Below are positions 20,960-34,533 of a stretch of DNA of 35,252 bases, one piece after another; the stretch's first letter is position 1, and each line of letters opens with the position of its first letter. The notes below the pieces were generated by a model, which was given only the letters and a program-made list of their open reading frames with translations, did not search any database and had not been told where the DNA came from. Position numbers and translations under genes: made by a program. The stretch comes from Welwitschia mirabilis. Its lineage: Eukaryota. Where the stretch lies: the NCBI GenBank assembly GCA_051453625.1, contig JBOZIK010000001.1, forward strand, positions 13,754,509 to 13,789,760, written 5' to 3'.

Positions 20960-23900
20960 TCGAGGGAAACCTATAAATAAGTATTTCTACCATGTTCATA
21001 GTTTCATTGAAGTATTCTTTATATAATTTCAACCACTATCCACTGTTGTCTATTAACTTTTTAAATCTCCTTAGTCTCTAAGTCTAAAATCTCAACTAAG
21101 CCATTAGAATGCACTTTCTCTATAAGGTAATGACCTAACCATTTAGAATTCAACTTATTATTCAAAANNNNNNNNNNNNNNNNNNNNNNNNNNNNNNNNN
21201 NNNNNNNNNNNNNNNNNNNNNNNNNNNNNNNNNNNNNNNNNNNNNNNNNNNNNNNNNNNNNNNNNNNAAATCTCCTTAGTCTCTAAGTCTAAAATCTTAA
21301 CTAATACATTAGAATGCACTTTCTCTTTAAGGTAATGACCTAATCATTTAGAATTCAACTTATTATTCAAAAGGTATACTTGAGTGTTGTATAAAAGAAC
21401 AAATTGATTGAGTTCAAACTTTTTATGAAATATCTTTTTATCATGTTTAAAATTTTCTTGGGATTTATGAATTAACTGACAATGTATAGTAAGAGTTTAT
21501 TTTTCATAAAGATAACCTAAATGGGCTAATATATGTTTAAGTTTTCATAAAGATTCACAAGATTAAGTTGATGAANNNNNNNNNNNNNNNNNNNNNNNNN
21601 NNNNNNNNNNNNNNNNNNNNNNNNNNNNNNNNNNNNNNNNNNNNNNNNNNNNNNNNNNNNNNNNNNNNNNNNNNNNNNNNNNNNNNNNNNNNNNNNNNNN
21701 NNNNNNNNNNNNNNNNNNNNNNNNNNNNNNNNNNNNNNNNNNNNNNNNNNNNNNNNNNNNNNNNNNNNNNNNNNNNNNNNNNNNNNNNNNNNNNNNNNNN
21801 NNNNNNNNNNNNNNNNNNNNNNNNNNNNNNNNNNNNNNNNNNNNNNNNNNNNNNNNNNNNNNNNNNNNNNNNNNNNNNNNNNNNNNNNNNNNNNNNNNNN
21901 NNNNNNNNNNNNNNNNNNNNNNNNNNNNNNNNNNNNNNNNNNNNNNNNNNNNNNNNNNNNNNNNNNNNNNNNNNNNNNNNNNNNNNNNNNNNNNNNNNNN
22001 NNNNNNNNNNNNNNNNNNNNNNNNNNNNNNNNNNNNNNNNNNNNNNNNNNNNNNNNNNNNNNNNNNNNNNNNNNNNNNNNNNNNNNNNNNNNNNNNNNNN
22101 NNNNNNNNNNNNNNNNNNNNNNNNNNNNNNNNNNNNNNNNNNNNNNNNNNNNNNNNNNNNNNNNNNNNNNNNATCAAAGGAATATCAAAAAAGAGTAGGT
22201 TAATAAAAACTAAAATGGAGAATTTTTATAGCTATTTTATGTCCACTAAAGTATCTTTCACAAACATCATTATAATAAAGATGAAGGATGTTAAATATTT
22301 TCCAATTAGGCACAGATTTTCTCATAATTTAGTCTTTATACCTATGATACAAATGTGGCTCTATCCACTCATAGCCATCTATTTTATGAAAAAAAGATTT
22401 GTGTTGATTATGAATCTAATGTTACGGTGTTTTAATGATTGCAAGGTAGTTAATAATATCAACATACCAAGAAGGAGGTAAGAAGAAGATAGAGTAAAAT
22501 GTTACTCATCAAGAAAAATCATCATTAATAATGTAAGCATCAAGAGGATAAGAAAGTCGAGATAAATGATTAGTAATAAAATTATGCTTATCTAATTTAT
22601 CTATGATGGTTAAATTAAACTCTTACATAAGGAGGATTCATGTAATCAAAGGAGCACTAGCGTATTTCTTAGTCATGAGGTAACAAATAGCAACATAATC
22701 AGTATAAACATTAATATAAAAGCCTAAAATATAATTTCTAAGAGAATCAAGACAAAAGATAATGGCTAGTATTTATTTCTTTGTAGTGGTATAATTCATT
22801 TGAACTATAGAAAAATATTTGCTATGATAAGATGTAACTTTAAAATCATTTTCATGTTTCTAACAAAGTATCCCATCCATGACAAAATTACTTGCATCAC
22901 ACATTACTGCAAAGTTTTTTTCCTAATCAGATCCCATTACTATAGAAACATAAGAAAGTTTATGTTTAACCTATCAAAAGCAATTTTACAAGATTCATTC
23001 CATTCAAATTTAATTTCTTTCTCTAGTAACAATTGAACAGGTTTATAAATATTAGCATAATCATAAATAAGCTAATAGTAAAAACCAAAATGATTAAGAA
23101 AAGATATAACCTTTTTAACATTTGTAGGAGGATTTAAATTTTGAATAATACCAACTTTTAAAGCATTCATCCTAATACCCTCTTTCGAGATATGGTGATC
23201 TAAAACAATTCCACTTTTAACAAAAAATAAACTTTTTTCCCAACTTAAATGTAGGCCACTAAAAATGTAATGATCAAGGACTTTATCTAATCATTTTAAG
23301 ATTTATTCAAATGTTTCAACAAAAATAGAAAAGTTATCCTAAAAATCTTAATTGATTCCTTAANNNNNNNNNNNNNNNNNNNNNNNNNNNNNNNNNNNNN
23401 NNNNNNNNNNNNNNNNNNNNNNNNNNNNNNNNNNNNNNNNNNNNNNNNNNNNNNNNNNNNNNNAATTTCCTCTTTTGAGATATGATGATCTAAAACAATT
23501 CTACTTTAACAAAAAAAAAAAAAATTTTTTTTCCCAACTTACATGTAGGCCACTAAAAATGCAATGGTCAAGGACTTTATGTAATCATTTTAATATTTAT
23601 TCAAATGTTTCATCAAAAATAGAAAAGTTATCCTAAAAATCGTAATAGAGTCTTTAAGCATATCAAAAATATTCCCATCATAGCACATTAAAAAGTACTG
23701 GGAGTATTACAAAGTCTGAAAGGCGTGTGTCAAAAAGCAAAAGTACTAAAAGAAGAAGTAAAAATGGTTTTGTCTTGCTTTTTATTAGTAATGTAAACCT
23801 AGTTTTAGCCACTATAACTATTAAGAAAATAGTAAAACGTATGACCTTGAATCCTATCAAGTATTTAATTAAGAAAAGTTAAAGGACAGTGGCTTTTTTT

Positions 23901-26900
23901 AGTTGCTTTGTTTAGCTTTCTAAAGTCTATGCACATCCTCCATTTTCAATCTTTCTTAGGGACTACTATTCAGGAGCTAACCCACTTACTATTAACTATT
24001 AAATAAATTATTCCAGTAACCATTCATTTTATGATTTCATCTTTAACAACTTGTTTACGGATTAGATTAAGTCTACATTAGGGCTACCTACTAGATTTTG
24101 CATTTTCTTTAACGTAGATTTTATATTAGATAATTAAGATAGGAATAGTTAATAAATCATTATGAAACCAAGTGAATGCATTTATCTTATATTATGAAAG
24201 AGAGATCAAACATGATCCTTATTAAGGGATAAGATTTATATTAATGATTAAAGGTTTGNNNNNNNNCTATTCAGAAAAATGTATTTCAGTACACTGTATG
24301 AGGTTTCAGATTCAGATTTAAATTTAGGTTTTAATTTTTTGTAAAATTTTTAGAAAATTCTTCTATTATCTTAGATTGTCATTCAGATATTAATAGTGGA
24401 TGACCATTCTTAAAATAGGAAATCTCAGTTCTATTAAAATATTGGACTTATGCACAGTTGATAAACTTAGACTTCTACTCTCTAGATTAAAAAAATCAAT
24501 TTCTAGATGGGGAAAATTAAGTTAATCTTCAAAAATACATAAGTTGTTTAATTCTGATTGATCATCAAACAAAGTTGATTCATGAAGCATGGATCACCTC
24601 TCCTGAAGTGGACAATGTTGTAAAAATAAAGTTAGCTTTATTTCTTCCTCCACACTTAAATCATTTCCTAAATCTTTTTTAGAAGCATAAAAAACTCTTA
24701 TTAAAGACTTCTTATTTCCAAAATGACACTTTATCAAACCAATTCTGATATCTATAATACAGTGGGATATTACATAGAAAACTCTACCTAGAAGTAAAGG
24801 ATAACCACTGTTGTGCTCAACTTCTATAATACTAACATTAATAGGGTAGAAAGGTTTTTTTATCTAAATGACAAAATCCTTAATTATACTTAATAGTTTC
24901 TTCATAGATGTATTAGCTAGGTCTTAAAGAATTCATGTAGATTCTACTCTATATTCTAACCCAAGTTTCTGATAAAGTTATAAGGATATAAGATTGACAC
25001 TAGCTTCAATATCTATCAAGGATTTCTTAATCTTTTGANNNNNNNNNNNNNNNNNNNNNNNNNNNNNNNNNNNNNNNNNNNNNNNNNNNNNNNNNNNNNN
25101 NNNNNNNNNNNNNNNNNNNNNNNNNNNNNNNNNNNNNNNNNNNNNNNNNNNNNNNNNNNNNNNNNNNNNNNNNNNNNNNNNNNNNNNNNNNNNNNNNNNN
25201 NNNNNNNNNNNNNNNNNNNNNNNNNNNNNNNNNNNNNNNNNNNNNNNNNNNNNNNNNNNNNNNNNNNNNNNNNNNNNNNNNNNNNNNNNNNNNNNNNNNN
25301 NNNNNNNNNNNNNNNNNNNNNNNNNNNNNNNNNNNNNNNNNNNNNNNNNNNNNNNNNNNNNNNNNCATCTCTCCTGAAGTGGACGATGTTGTAAAAATAA
25401 AGTTAGCTTTATTTATTCCTCCATACTTAAATCATTTTCTAAATATCTTTTAGCAGCATAAAAAACTCTTATTAAAGACTTTTATTTCTAAAATAACACT
25501 TCATCAAACTAATTATTATATCTATAATACAGTGGGATATTGCACAAAAAACTTTACCTAGAAGTAAAGGATAACCACCATTGTGCTTAACTTCTATAAT
25601 AATAACATCAATAGGGTAGAAAGGTTTTTTTAATCTAAATGACCAAATCCTTAATTATACTTAATGGTTTCTTCATAGATGTATTATCTAGGTCTTAAAG
25701 AATTCATGTAGGTTCTACTCCATATTCTAACCCAAGTTTCTGATAAAGTTGTAAGGATATAATATTGACACTAGCTTCAATATCTATCAAGGATTTNNNN
25801 NNNNNNNNNNNNNNNNNNNNNNNNNNNNNNNNNNNNNNNNNNNNNNNNNNNNNNNNNNNNNNNNNNNNNNNNNNNNNNNNNNNNNNNNNNNNNNNNCTGA
25901 TAAAGTTATAAGGATATAAGATTGACACTAGCTTCAATATCTATCTAGGATTTCTTAATCTTTTGATTTTCTTCTAAAGTGATACTTACAGTTGCTACCT
26001 CTAGATCCTTAAAATTTGGATATTTTTAACAAATTGAGTTGTTAATGGATTGAGCTAAGAAGACTTTATTAGAGATGGTTTATTTTTGCTTCCTCCTAAT
26101 TAGGTCTTTTCATAACTTAGAATANNNNNNNNNNNNNNNNNNNNNNNNNNNNNNNNNNNNNNNNNNNNNNNNNNNNNNNNNNNNNNNNNNNNNNNNNNNN
26201 NNNNNNNNNNNNNNNNNNNNNNNNTTACAGTTGCTACCTCTAGATCCTTAAACTTTGAATATTTTTAACAAATTGAGTTGTTAATGGATTAAGCTAGGAA
26301 GAATTTATTAGAGATGATTCATTTTTGCTTCCTCCTAATTAGGTCTTTTCATAACTTAGAATACTTTAGTTATCTTATAAAAGTTTTCAAAATAGTAAGT
26401 TAATGCTTATAATTTGCATTAAAAATTTTAGACGATCATCAAAAATAAGATTGATATTTAATCTATCAAGCCATGGGGTAGCAAGTTTTTACATGAAGAA
26501 TTTTTCTTTTTGTTACTTAATGGAGAAGGGAAAAAATAATTTTCTAAGATTTTTATGTCCTCTTCTTTATCATTTTTATTACTCTGTGATGTGAAAGCCT
26601 CATGGGTGGGAGGAGTTATGTCATTTCCACTTCTTATCACTACCTTACAATCCTTTTTTACTTTCTTTGGGTTTAGTAAATATTGAATGGTAAGAGATCC
26701 TTGTCATCTTTAGTTAGCAAGCATAGTTTATTGTAAAATACTCACAAGGTTTTAAATGTTGGAGTTTGTTCTTTCTTGTGTTTTTCTCAACTCTTCAATG
26801 AAAGTCCTAAGAGGATCACTTTGGTTTTGAGAGTTGGATTATCTTGCTTGATTGTTTAAGTTGTTAGATTAGAAGTTCATGTTCTCAATTATTTTCTTAA

Positions 26901-28660
26901 ATGGTTTGAAGTTAGAATGGTTTATTCGAAAATTTTTAAAATTGAGGTGTTCACTTTTCTTAGGTTAAAAGTTGTGATTTTGGACTTGTCTTTTATTTTA
27001 ATTTTAGTTATAGTTTGAAGACCTCTGGTTGAAAGCATATTCTTTCTTAAAAACTCTTTCTTTGTAAGTTGGAAGCANNNNNNNNNNNNNNNNNNNNNNN
27101 NNNNNNNNNNNNNNNNNNNNNNNNNNNNNNNNNNNNNNNNNNNNNNNNNNNNNNNNNNNNNNNNNNNNNNNNNNNNNAAGTTAGAATGGTTTATTTGAAA
27201 ATTTTTAAAATTGAGTTGTTCAGTTACCTTAGGTTAAAAGTTATGATTTTGGACTTGTCTTTTATTTTAATTTTAGTTGTAGTTTGAAGACCTTTTATTG
27301 AAAGGATATGCTTTCTTAAAAACTCTTTCTTTATAAGTTGGAAGAAAAGGACATTCTTTAGTAACATGATAACTATCCTTGCATAAATCACATGTAGGAG
27401 TTATAAATACACTCTTTTTAGTTACCACTTTTCCAAGGTTGAGGTAAAATATTTTATAATATTTGATGGTTCATTTTTTATTCTTATTTCTTCTTTTTCA
27501 TGTTTTACTTCCTTAAGATCCTTAATGATGTGGCCTATAGTTTAGTTTTATCTAGATGATGGTTTAGGCCAAGTTTGACTTACTTCTACTAACTTTTCCA
27601 ATACTTTCCAAGAATTTTCTAAAGTTAAGTTTAATAAATTGNNNNNNNNNNNNNNNNNNNNNNNNNNNNNNNNNNNNNNNNNNNNNNNNNNNNNNNNNNN
27701 NNNNNNNNNNNNNNNNNNNNNNNNNNNNNNNNNNNNNNNNNATACTAAGCCTAATTGCAATTTCCTATTTATAGCATTGATTACTTTTGAAGTGCAAATT
27801 TAGGCCACCAACACACATGTAGGAGCTATAAATACAATTTTTTTAGTTACCACTTTTCCAAGGTTAAGGTAAAATATTTTATGATATTTGATGGTTTATT
27901 TTTTATTCTTATTTCTTCTTTTTCATGTTTTACTTCCTTAATATCCTTAATGATGTGGCCTATAGTTTAATTTTATCTAAATGAGGGTTTAGGCCAAGTT
28001 TGACTTACTTCTACTAACTCTTCTAACACTTTCAAAGCATTTTCTAAAGTTAAGTTCAATAAATTGCCTTCACATGAAAAATCAACTAGTTACTTTATTT
28101 GACTGTTTAATCCACTGTAAAAATGATCTATTAATACTTATTGTGAAAAGGCATCTATAGGATTCTAATGTAAATAAATGAAAAATATCTCATAGGTAGA
28201 GGCATAGTCTTCATTAGGCATTTATTGAAAGTTCATTACTTCTTTCTTTTATTTTTTAATAGTGGTTTCACTCATGAATCTTATTATGAAGGATTATTAA
28301 ACTTAACTTCATGATTTAAAGCTTTCATAAGGAATTCTTCTTAACCATAAGCTAATTTACCTTTTAAAGTGATGGGAAGTATGATCATTTTACTTATTTA
28401 TTTTTTACTGTTTCTGGAGGGAATCACTAATTGTTCTTTGTTGATAACATGTTGCAATGGATCTATGAGGTTTACCATTAAAAATAGAATAAGTGTTTAA
28501 GTTTCTAAGCTTAACATCATCACTAGGAGGTAAGTTAAAGGGGACTTGGATTTCACATTTCTTATTGGAAATTAAATCTTTAAGGATGACATTGGATTTG
28601 GTTTAAATAGATGTGGTTATAGGAATTCCAATGATAAGAGGTAAATTTGGTAAAAGAGGT
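20960..28660 (-). pseudogene. Degenerate gag-pol of Athila-like element 2
   Basis: Zinc knuckle CDLCKDSYHVTKECP (CX2CX4HX4C, about 27349-27393); protease SLIDIEASVNII; RT WVSS*IVVPKKD*KWRMCIDFRKLNKATKKSH; RNase H NYTTT...VYTDYVAICYLMTK; INT zinc-finger region FSGHKIAIKIL (about 22215-22250); INT C-terminus HDKKIFHKKFELNQFVLLYNT...KLNSK. The INT core falls in the gap 21576-22172. Confidence 0.92.
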
Positions 28661-29344
28661 CTCTTTTATTTTTTTAATGAGGTAGACGTGGTTGAAAATT
28701 AAAAGCTATCATCAATACAATGTTTTGAAAAAATTAGATAGTATTGGAATTTCTAAATTTTTCATACCTTTGTTGTGCTTACATAAGTTAGATTCAAGGT
28801 CAGTTAAACCTTCTCAGATATTTTCCTTAATAAATACCTACTCTCTTTGGTATTTTTATTTCTTACTATATTTTACCATACATGCTTAGTTTCAAATGCA
28901 TAGAGTGTTATCTCTGAAGTTATGTAGACAGTAATCTAGATGATAGAAATAGAAAAAAACATAAAAAATGGAAAATGNNNNNNNNNNNNNNNNNNNNNNN
29001 NNNNNNNNNNNNNNNNNNNNNNNNNNNNNNNNNNNNNNNNNNNNNNNNNNNNNNNNNNNNNNNNNNNNNNNNNNNNNNNNNNNNNNNNNNNNNNNNNNNN
29101 NNNNNNNNNNCTTATAAAACAAAGGTTGTCATTGCCGCACGTCATCTAGAAGATAAAGTAGATGACAAATATTTTATTACAGAATAGAAAAAAAAACTTT
29201 TCTTTTAAAATAGAAAAACTAATACTATAGAAAGAAGAACCTATGATACTATAGACAAAAGTACAACACTACTATAAGCAAGCACCTAAACTAGAATCCA
29301 AATACTCACTAGAGCAATGATAACTTTTGAACTCCAAGCAACCT

Positions 29345-29362
29345 TCCCTAACAATGATACTA
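29345..29362 (-). other. Decayed primer-binding site (Athila tRNA-Asp type) of element 2
   Basis: Plus strand TCCCTAACAATGATACTA versus TCCCCGGCAACGGCGCCA, mismatches all transitions, 3 nt from the LTR. Re-sequenced copy near 29697-29714. Confidence 0.7.
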
Positions 29363-29365
29363 AAA

Positions 29366-30988
29366 TGTTGTGATGCATATTTATGTAATATTACATAATT
29401 AGTTAAATCCTGTTAATCACAAATATATGCATAAACACAATACACTAATATAGATGGGACATGATCCAAATATCGTAATCTATTGAAGGCCCAGACTAGA
29501 GCAAGAGAGTTGATTTCCATAAGAAAAAACTTTGTATTTTAACTATAGAAATAAATTGCAATNNNNNNNNNNNNNNNNNNNNNNNNNNNNNNNNNNNNNN
29601 NNNNNNNNNNNNNNNNNNNNNNNNNNNNNNNNNNNNNNNNNNNNNNNNNNNNNNNNNNNNNNAGAGCAATGACAACTTTTGAACTCCAAGCAACCTTCCC
29701 TAGTAATGATACTAAAATGTTGTGATGCATATTTATGTAATATTACATACTTAGTCAAATCCTATTAATCACAAATATATGCATAAACATAATACACTAA
29801 TACAGATGGGACATGATCCGAATATCATAATCTATTGAAGGCCCAGTCTAGAGAAAGAGATTTGATTTCCATAAGAAAAAACTTTGTATTTTAACTATAG
29901 AAATAAATTGCAATGCATGAAAAGAAAAATGCAACACACTTATGCAAAGCTAATCTAAGAATTTAAAAAATAATGTACTTAAATTAATAATGCACAACCT
30001 TACCAAAGGTTTTTCTCNNNNNNNNNNNNNNNNNNNNNNNNNNNNNNNNNNNNNNNNNNNNNNNNNNNNNNNNNNNNNNNNNNNNNNNNNNNNNNNNNNN
30101 NNNNNNNNNNNNNNNNNCTTTGTATTTTAACTATAGAAATAAATTGCAATGCATGAAAAGAAAAATGAAACACACTTATGCAAAGCTAATCTAAGAATTT
30201 AAAAAATAATGTACTTAAACTAATAATGCACAACCTTAACAAAGGTTTTTCTCATAACCTATATTACTAAAAACTATCATAGGATCAGAAGCAACATAAG
30301 CTATGAGAGTTAAGAATAAACATGCATAGGAATAAAAACAGAAAAGTTTTATACTAGGTCTTGAATAATAACTATGTTACAAAGCAGTCACATCTTAATG
30401 AAGGAAGCTCCACCCAACACCAAGGAAGATATCTCTCAGTAACTACAACGATGGATTTCTAATCCTTCGATTTTGTATCATGAGAATTTCTAGTGCAAAC
30501 AAAGAGAAGCAAGCATTTAGGGTAAGATAAATATTTATTAATACAAAGACATAATAAAACAAATAGACAGTGTGGGTAAAAATCTAATGGTTATGCTAAG
30601 AGAAATAGATAGATAAATAATAGAAGTTAGGTGAATGTCCATTAAGCTATTACAATATTATCATCTAGCTAGTCATCCAAATGATAAAGGAGATGATGCC
30701 ACTTCATAAATGATCCAAGTCATTTGCCAGATTGATTACAATTAGAATTCCTATTAGCATCAATTATTCTATCATTTTTATAGTCATCTAGACAATGAGA
30801 TGGATGATGAGATTTTACAAATGTTCCATCAATACATTAGACTTAATGTTTTACAAGAAGTTTATCTTAGAATGTGAAGCATTAAGAATCGCTCTCCATT
30901 ATCATAAAAATTGAGAATTTACCTCTCTATTATCCTACAAAACCACTCATAATAGCTTATCAAATAAGCATAAGTTGGCAGTACAACA
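29366..30988 (-). repeat. 5' LTR of Athila-like element 2 (inflated by two gaps with duplicated flanks)
   Basis: Perfect terminal inverted repeat TGTTGT...ACAACA, adjacent to the PBS, collinear with 14584-15677. Confidence 0.88.
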
Positions 30989-33333
30989 AATGGCCTTTTT
31001 GTAATAAATAAAAATAAGAGATCTTTATCATTTCATGGCTTGGGTGATATTAGGTGGATCCTTACTTTTCAAGAATAAGTTATCTTTATCTTTGAATTCT
31101 TTTATTAAGGATTACATTCATTTGATGTTTCTAGTTTAGAATCAAGTAAACAAAAAGTGGTTTTTCTATTTCTATAATGTGACTTTCTTCCAAGAATTTA
31201 GTGGGATATTTCTTAATTAAGCTAATGAACCAATGACCCTTCTTATGTGTATGTATATTTTAAAAAATATTTATATGTGAAGTAGAATCAAAAGAAAAAT
31301 AATATCTCTTCTCAAAAAACATACTTTTATTTTTGATTATTTCTATTGGATTTATTTAATTACATTGGTGCTATGAACACTAAATAGAAATGTAGCTTTA
31401 ATAATTTATTTGTGATATGTTCAACTACATTAGGGTTAGTAACACTCACTGGTAATGAAACACTAACTTCTTTATGTACAACATGTTTTACTCTATTGGA
31501 AGAAGATTTCATAATACTAAATGATCAATATAATCAAATTCTTTAAGGATGTCACTTATGATTGTAAAAGGGTAATATTAGAAAGATACTAAGGTGGAAG
31601 TGGTTATTTTAATTAAGATATTTTTACTACTCTTAAATTGCATAAATTTACTTTATTAATGCCTTACCTTATTTTGACTTAATTGAACAAATTTTTTATA
31701 GGCCATTACTTTAGTTTTATAGTCTCATATATTCATAGTGTGCATGGTAGAGTAATAGTTATATTTTAATTTATTTCACCATATCATATCACATGTATTT
31801 ACCCCTTAATCTATCAAATAAAACATACTTAAAGGAACACTTTTATTTGTTGCAATAAAATTTTCCTTACATGAGTCATTCTTAGATCAAGTCAGTTTAA
31901 AATGTTATTGAGACCAAAATGATCCATAATCTCTATATTTGTTAAATTTTTATTTATTATGAGCCTCCCTATTTTCTCATTACTTCACCCATAACATTTC
32001 TATAACCACTAAATCCTCACCTATTTAATATTCCAAACTCAAGAATATCTACCATAGAAAATGATTTCTTTCTATTCATCTTATGCTTTTTCAAGCAATC
32101 TCTTATTCTAATTCATAATCATCTCAAGTCATTGATAGGTTACTAGTGTTCATAGAAATAGATTGTAACTTTCTTTTCATTCATTTTACATATTATTTTA
32201 ATACTCCTTTAATCATCTTCATTTTTGAATTTTATTTTCTTATTCATTTTTTATCTCTTCTCCCCTTTAAATTCTTATCTTTCTTTTATCTTTACCCCTT
32301 CATCTATAACAATCATTTGTAAAACTTTATTAGTTAATGATTTCTTATAGAATTGTTTTTACTCCATGCATTAGTTTAAAAATTTTATACCTTACTCACA
32401 TATTATAGTTTTACATTATTTTTCTTTTCTCTTTTCTAGCCCTAATAGAATAACATATTGTAAATAATGTTTCCTAAGACTGCTTTACCATCTTTTCAAA
32501 AATTATATTAATAATTTTACTATTCTAAACTTGAAGGACAAAGTTCAATTTTGATTAGGGGATATGACATATATTTTTAAAAGAATTTTTGTAATCTTGA
32601 TGTTTTTTTAAAAAAAATTAATCAAAACAATTCCAAAGGTTATATCATTCTCATACTTGAATAATTTTCTTGAGAAAAGTTTTCAAATTAAATCATTTTT
32701 TTCCTATTTTTGCTAAGAGTCTAGAAAAAGTTTAGATAGTAGGTGTGGTAACATGTAAACATTGACATTTAGACCAAGTATATCAAATTAATTTAGCTTA
32801 GATGAAGACATTAAAATAGCTATTTTATCATAAAATTATGTCTTCTACCATTTTAAAATTTATTTATGAACTTATGCACCTTTTTCATGATAATTTTAGG
32901 TAAAATGCTACTTTATGAATAACAAAGTAAAATCTAAAAACAATCCAACTAAAAATTCTAGTACCATTATCTAAGTCACTAAAAATACTAGTTCTTTAGA
33001 ATAGAACACTTCAAGAGTTACATTCTAAAACTATCATTGATAAGTGATCAACTTCTAGTTATGGGATTAATCAGTTATTACATAAAAAACAACCATGATT
33101 TTCAATGACATGTCATAGTAACATAGAATACATGTGGTAGTAAGATGTGATATTGACATGATGGTGAAAATGGAGACACATGACAATAGCATTAATTAAT
33201 ACAACATTGGAAGATGCTAGAAGCTTATCTTTCTCATGTTCATTAAATGAAGAAAGGATGTGAGTAATGGATTAATCTTACTTTAGTTTTTATAATATGA
33301 AAGAGGTTAATTAATTAAATTATTATTGACTAT

Positions 33334-34467
33334 TGTTAAGTTTGTTAACTTATAATTTTACTAAGTTGATGTCAAACCAAAATTCTTTGGTATAGGAAAA
33401 TATGTTGTTTTTCTTATAGAAAATATTAATCGTTGTAGGTTAAAAGTAACGAAAATTTCTCACTAGCTATGCTTGAATCTGATAAGTTATAAACCCTTAA
33501 AGTGATTAATCAGATTTTTAAGGGGTTAACTAAACCTTATTAAAAAAATGTTATAACCAATTTGTTAAGGGGTTGACCAAATTTCTAAGGGGTCAACCAA
33601 ACCTAGGCTAAAAATGTTTCAACTATTTTTCATATGAAATCGACTGGATTGAATGTGATCAACCAAACCTAGACATATGTAGTTAATTGGAGCCTTGATG
33701 GGATTAATTGAACATAAAAACATGAAAAACTCAAATCAACTAGAAGAAGATAAGATTGACTAAGTTCAATGATGATACTCAATGGGGTCAATAGGATATT
33801 TTGAGGGATCAACTAGTTGTAATGGAAATAAAATTTCAGAGTCTATTTTCTAGCCATTACCTTTCTATTTTTTTCTATTGGAATATTAGTTCTATTTGTA
33901 AAGCCCTAAAATTTATCGCCTATATAAAGCTCGACCATAAAAATTATAACTATCCTTTAACATGACTAAAAATATCAAAAAAGCATCTTTTGATTATCAT
34001 TACTTTAGTCAATCCATTTGCGCTATATATACTTGAATTTATAACATCATTTTTAGAAAGTGTAGCCCTATCTTTACTATACTTCAGATTTAGTAAAGCC
34101 TATGCATTGTGATACATTATTGACATCAAAAATCATTTTCTCTAAAGGTTGAAACTAAGCCTTTAAAAGTCTAATTGTAAAAGATTATGTTGAATCTAAG
34201 AAACTTGGAAAGTATGCAACAAGAATTCAGATTTTCATTGATAGAAGCTTAGTATAAGAGTGAAGTAGGGGTTTTTCCAAATCACTATGAATCATGTGTT
34301 TGATAAATTTCCATTAGTATTTTCTAGCTTTAGTTATTTTTCTTTCAGATCTTTTTATTACTTCATATGCATAAATATTTTTTAGTATTCAATACTTTGT
34401 GAAGATAGCTTTTTAATTTATTTTTTAAAAAATCCTATTCACCCCCTCTAAGATTCTAGATCTAACA
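33334..34467 (+). repeat. 5' LTR of the right SIRE-like element
   Basis: Terminal inverted repeat TGTTA/TAACA, TATA-like CCTATATAAAG at 33919-33929, homology to 244-2238. The left boundary is inferred from that homology. Confidence 0.78.
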
Positions 34468-34469
34468 TT

Positions 34470-34487
34470 TGATATCAGAGCAAGGTT
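34470..34487 (+). other. tRNA-iMet primer-binding site
   Basis: TGATATCAGAGCAAGGTT, 16/18 to TGGTATCAGAGCCAGGTT, 2 nt after the LTR-terminal CA. Confidence 0.88.
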
Positions 34488-34533
34488 GAGTCATTAGCAG
34501 ATCCTAACAAATCTTAACTCTTAGACCTTAACT

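Larger units (their letters stand above)
14584..30988 (-). mobile_element. Structurally complete, highly decayed Athila-like Ty3/gypsy element 2 (LTR-PBS-gag-PR-RT-RH-INT-spacer-ORF2-PPT-LTR)
   Basis: Two homologous LTRs in the same orientation, PBS next to the right LTR, PPT-like tract next to the left LTR, all domains in gypsy order. Flanks GGTAG/AATGG differ only by transitions (possible decayed TSD). Confidence 0.85.

Noticed and set aside
30989-33333. Possible decayed gypsy remnants (minus-strand SDILKEF-like peptide near 31540; TTGAAGGACAAAG...GGGG motif at about 32530-32562)
   Set aside because: Matches are too short and degenerate to assign by eye; left unannotated pending a translated HMM search.
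244-34467. The two SIRE-like LTRs as ends of one giant element
   Set aside because: The left one follows a PPT (3' LTR) and the right one precedes PBS and gag (5' LTR); the order is wrong and they are strongly diverged.
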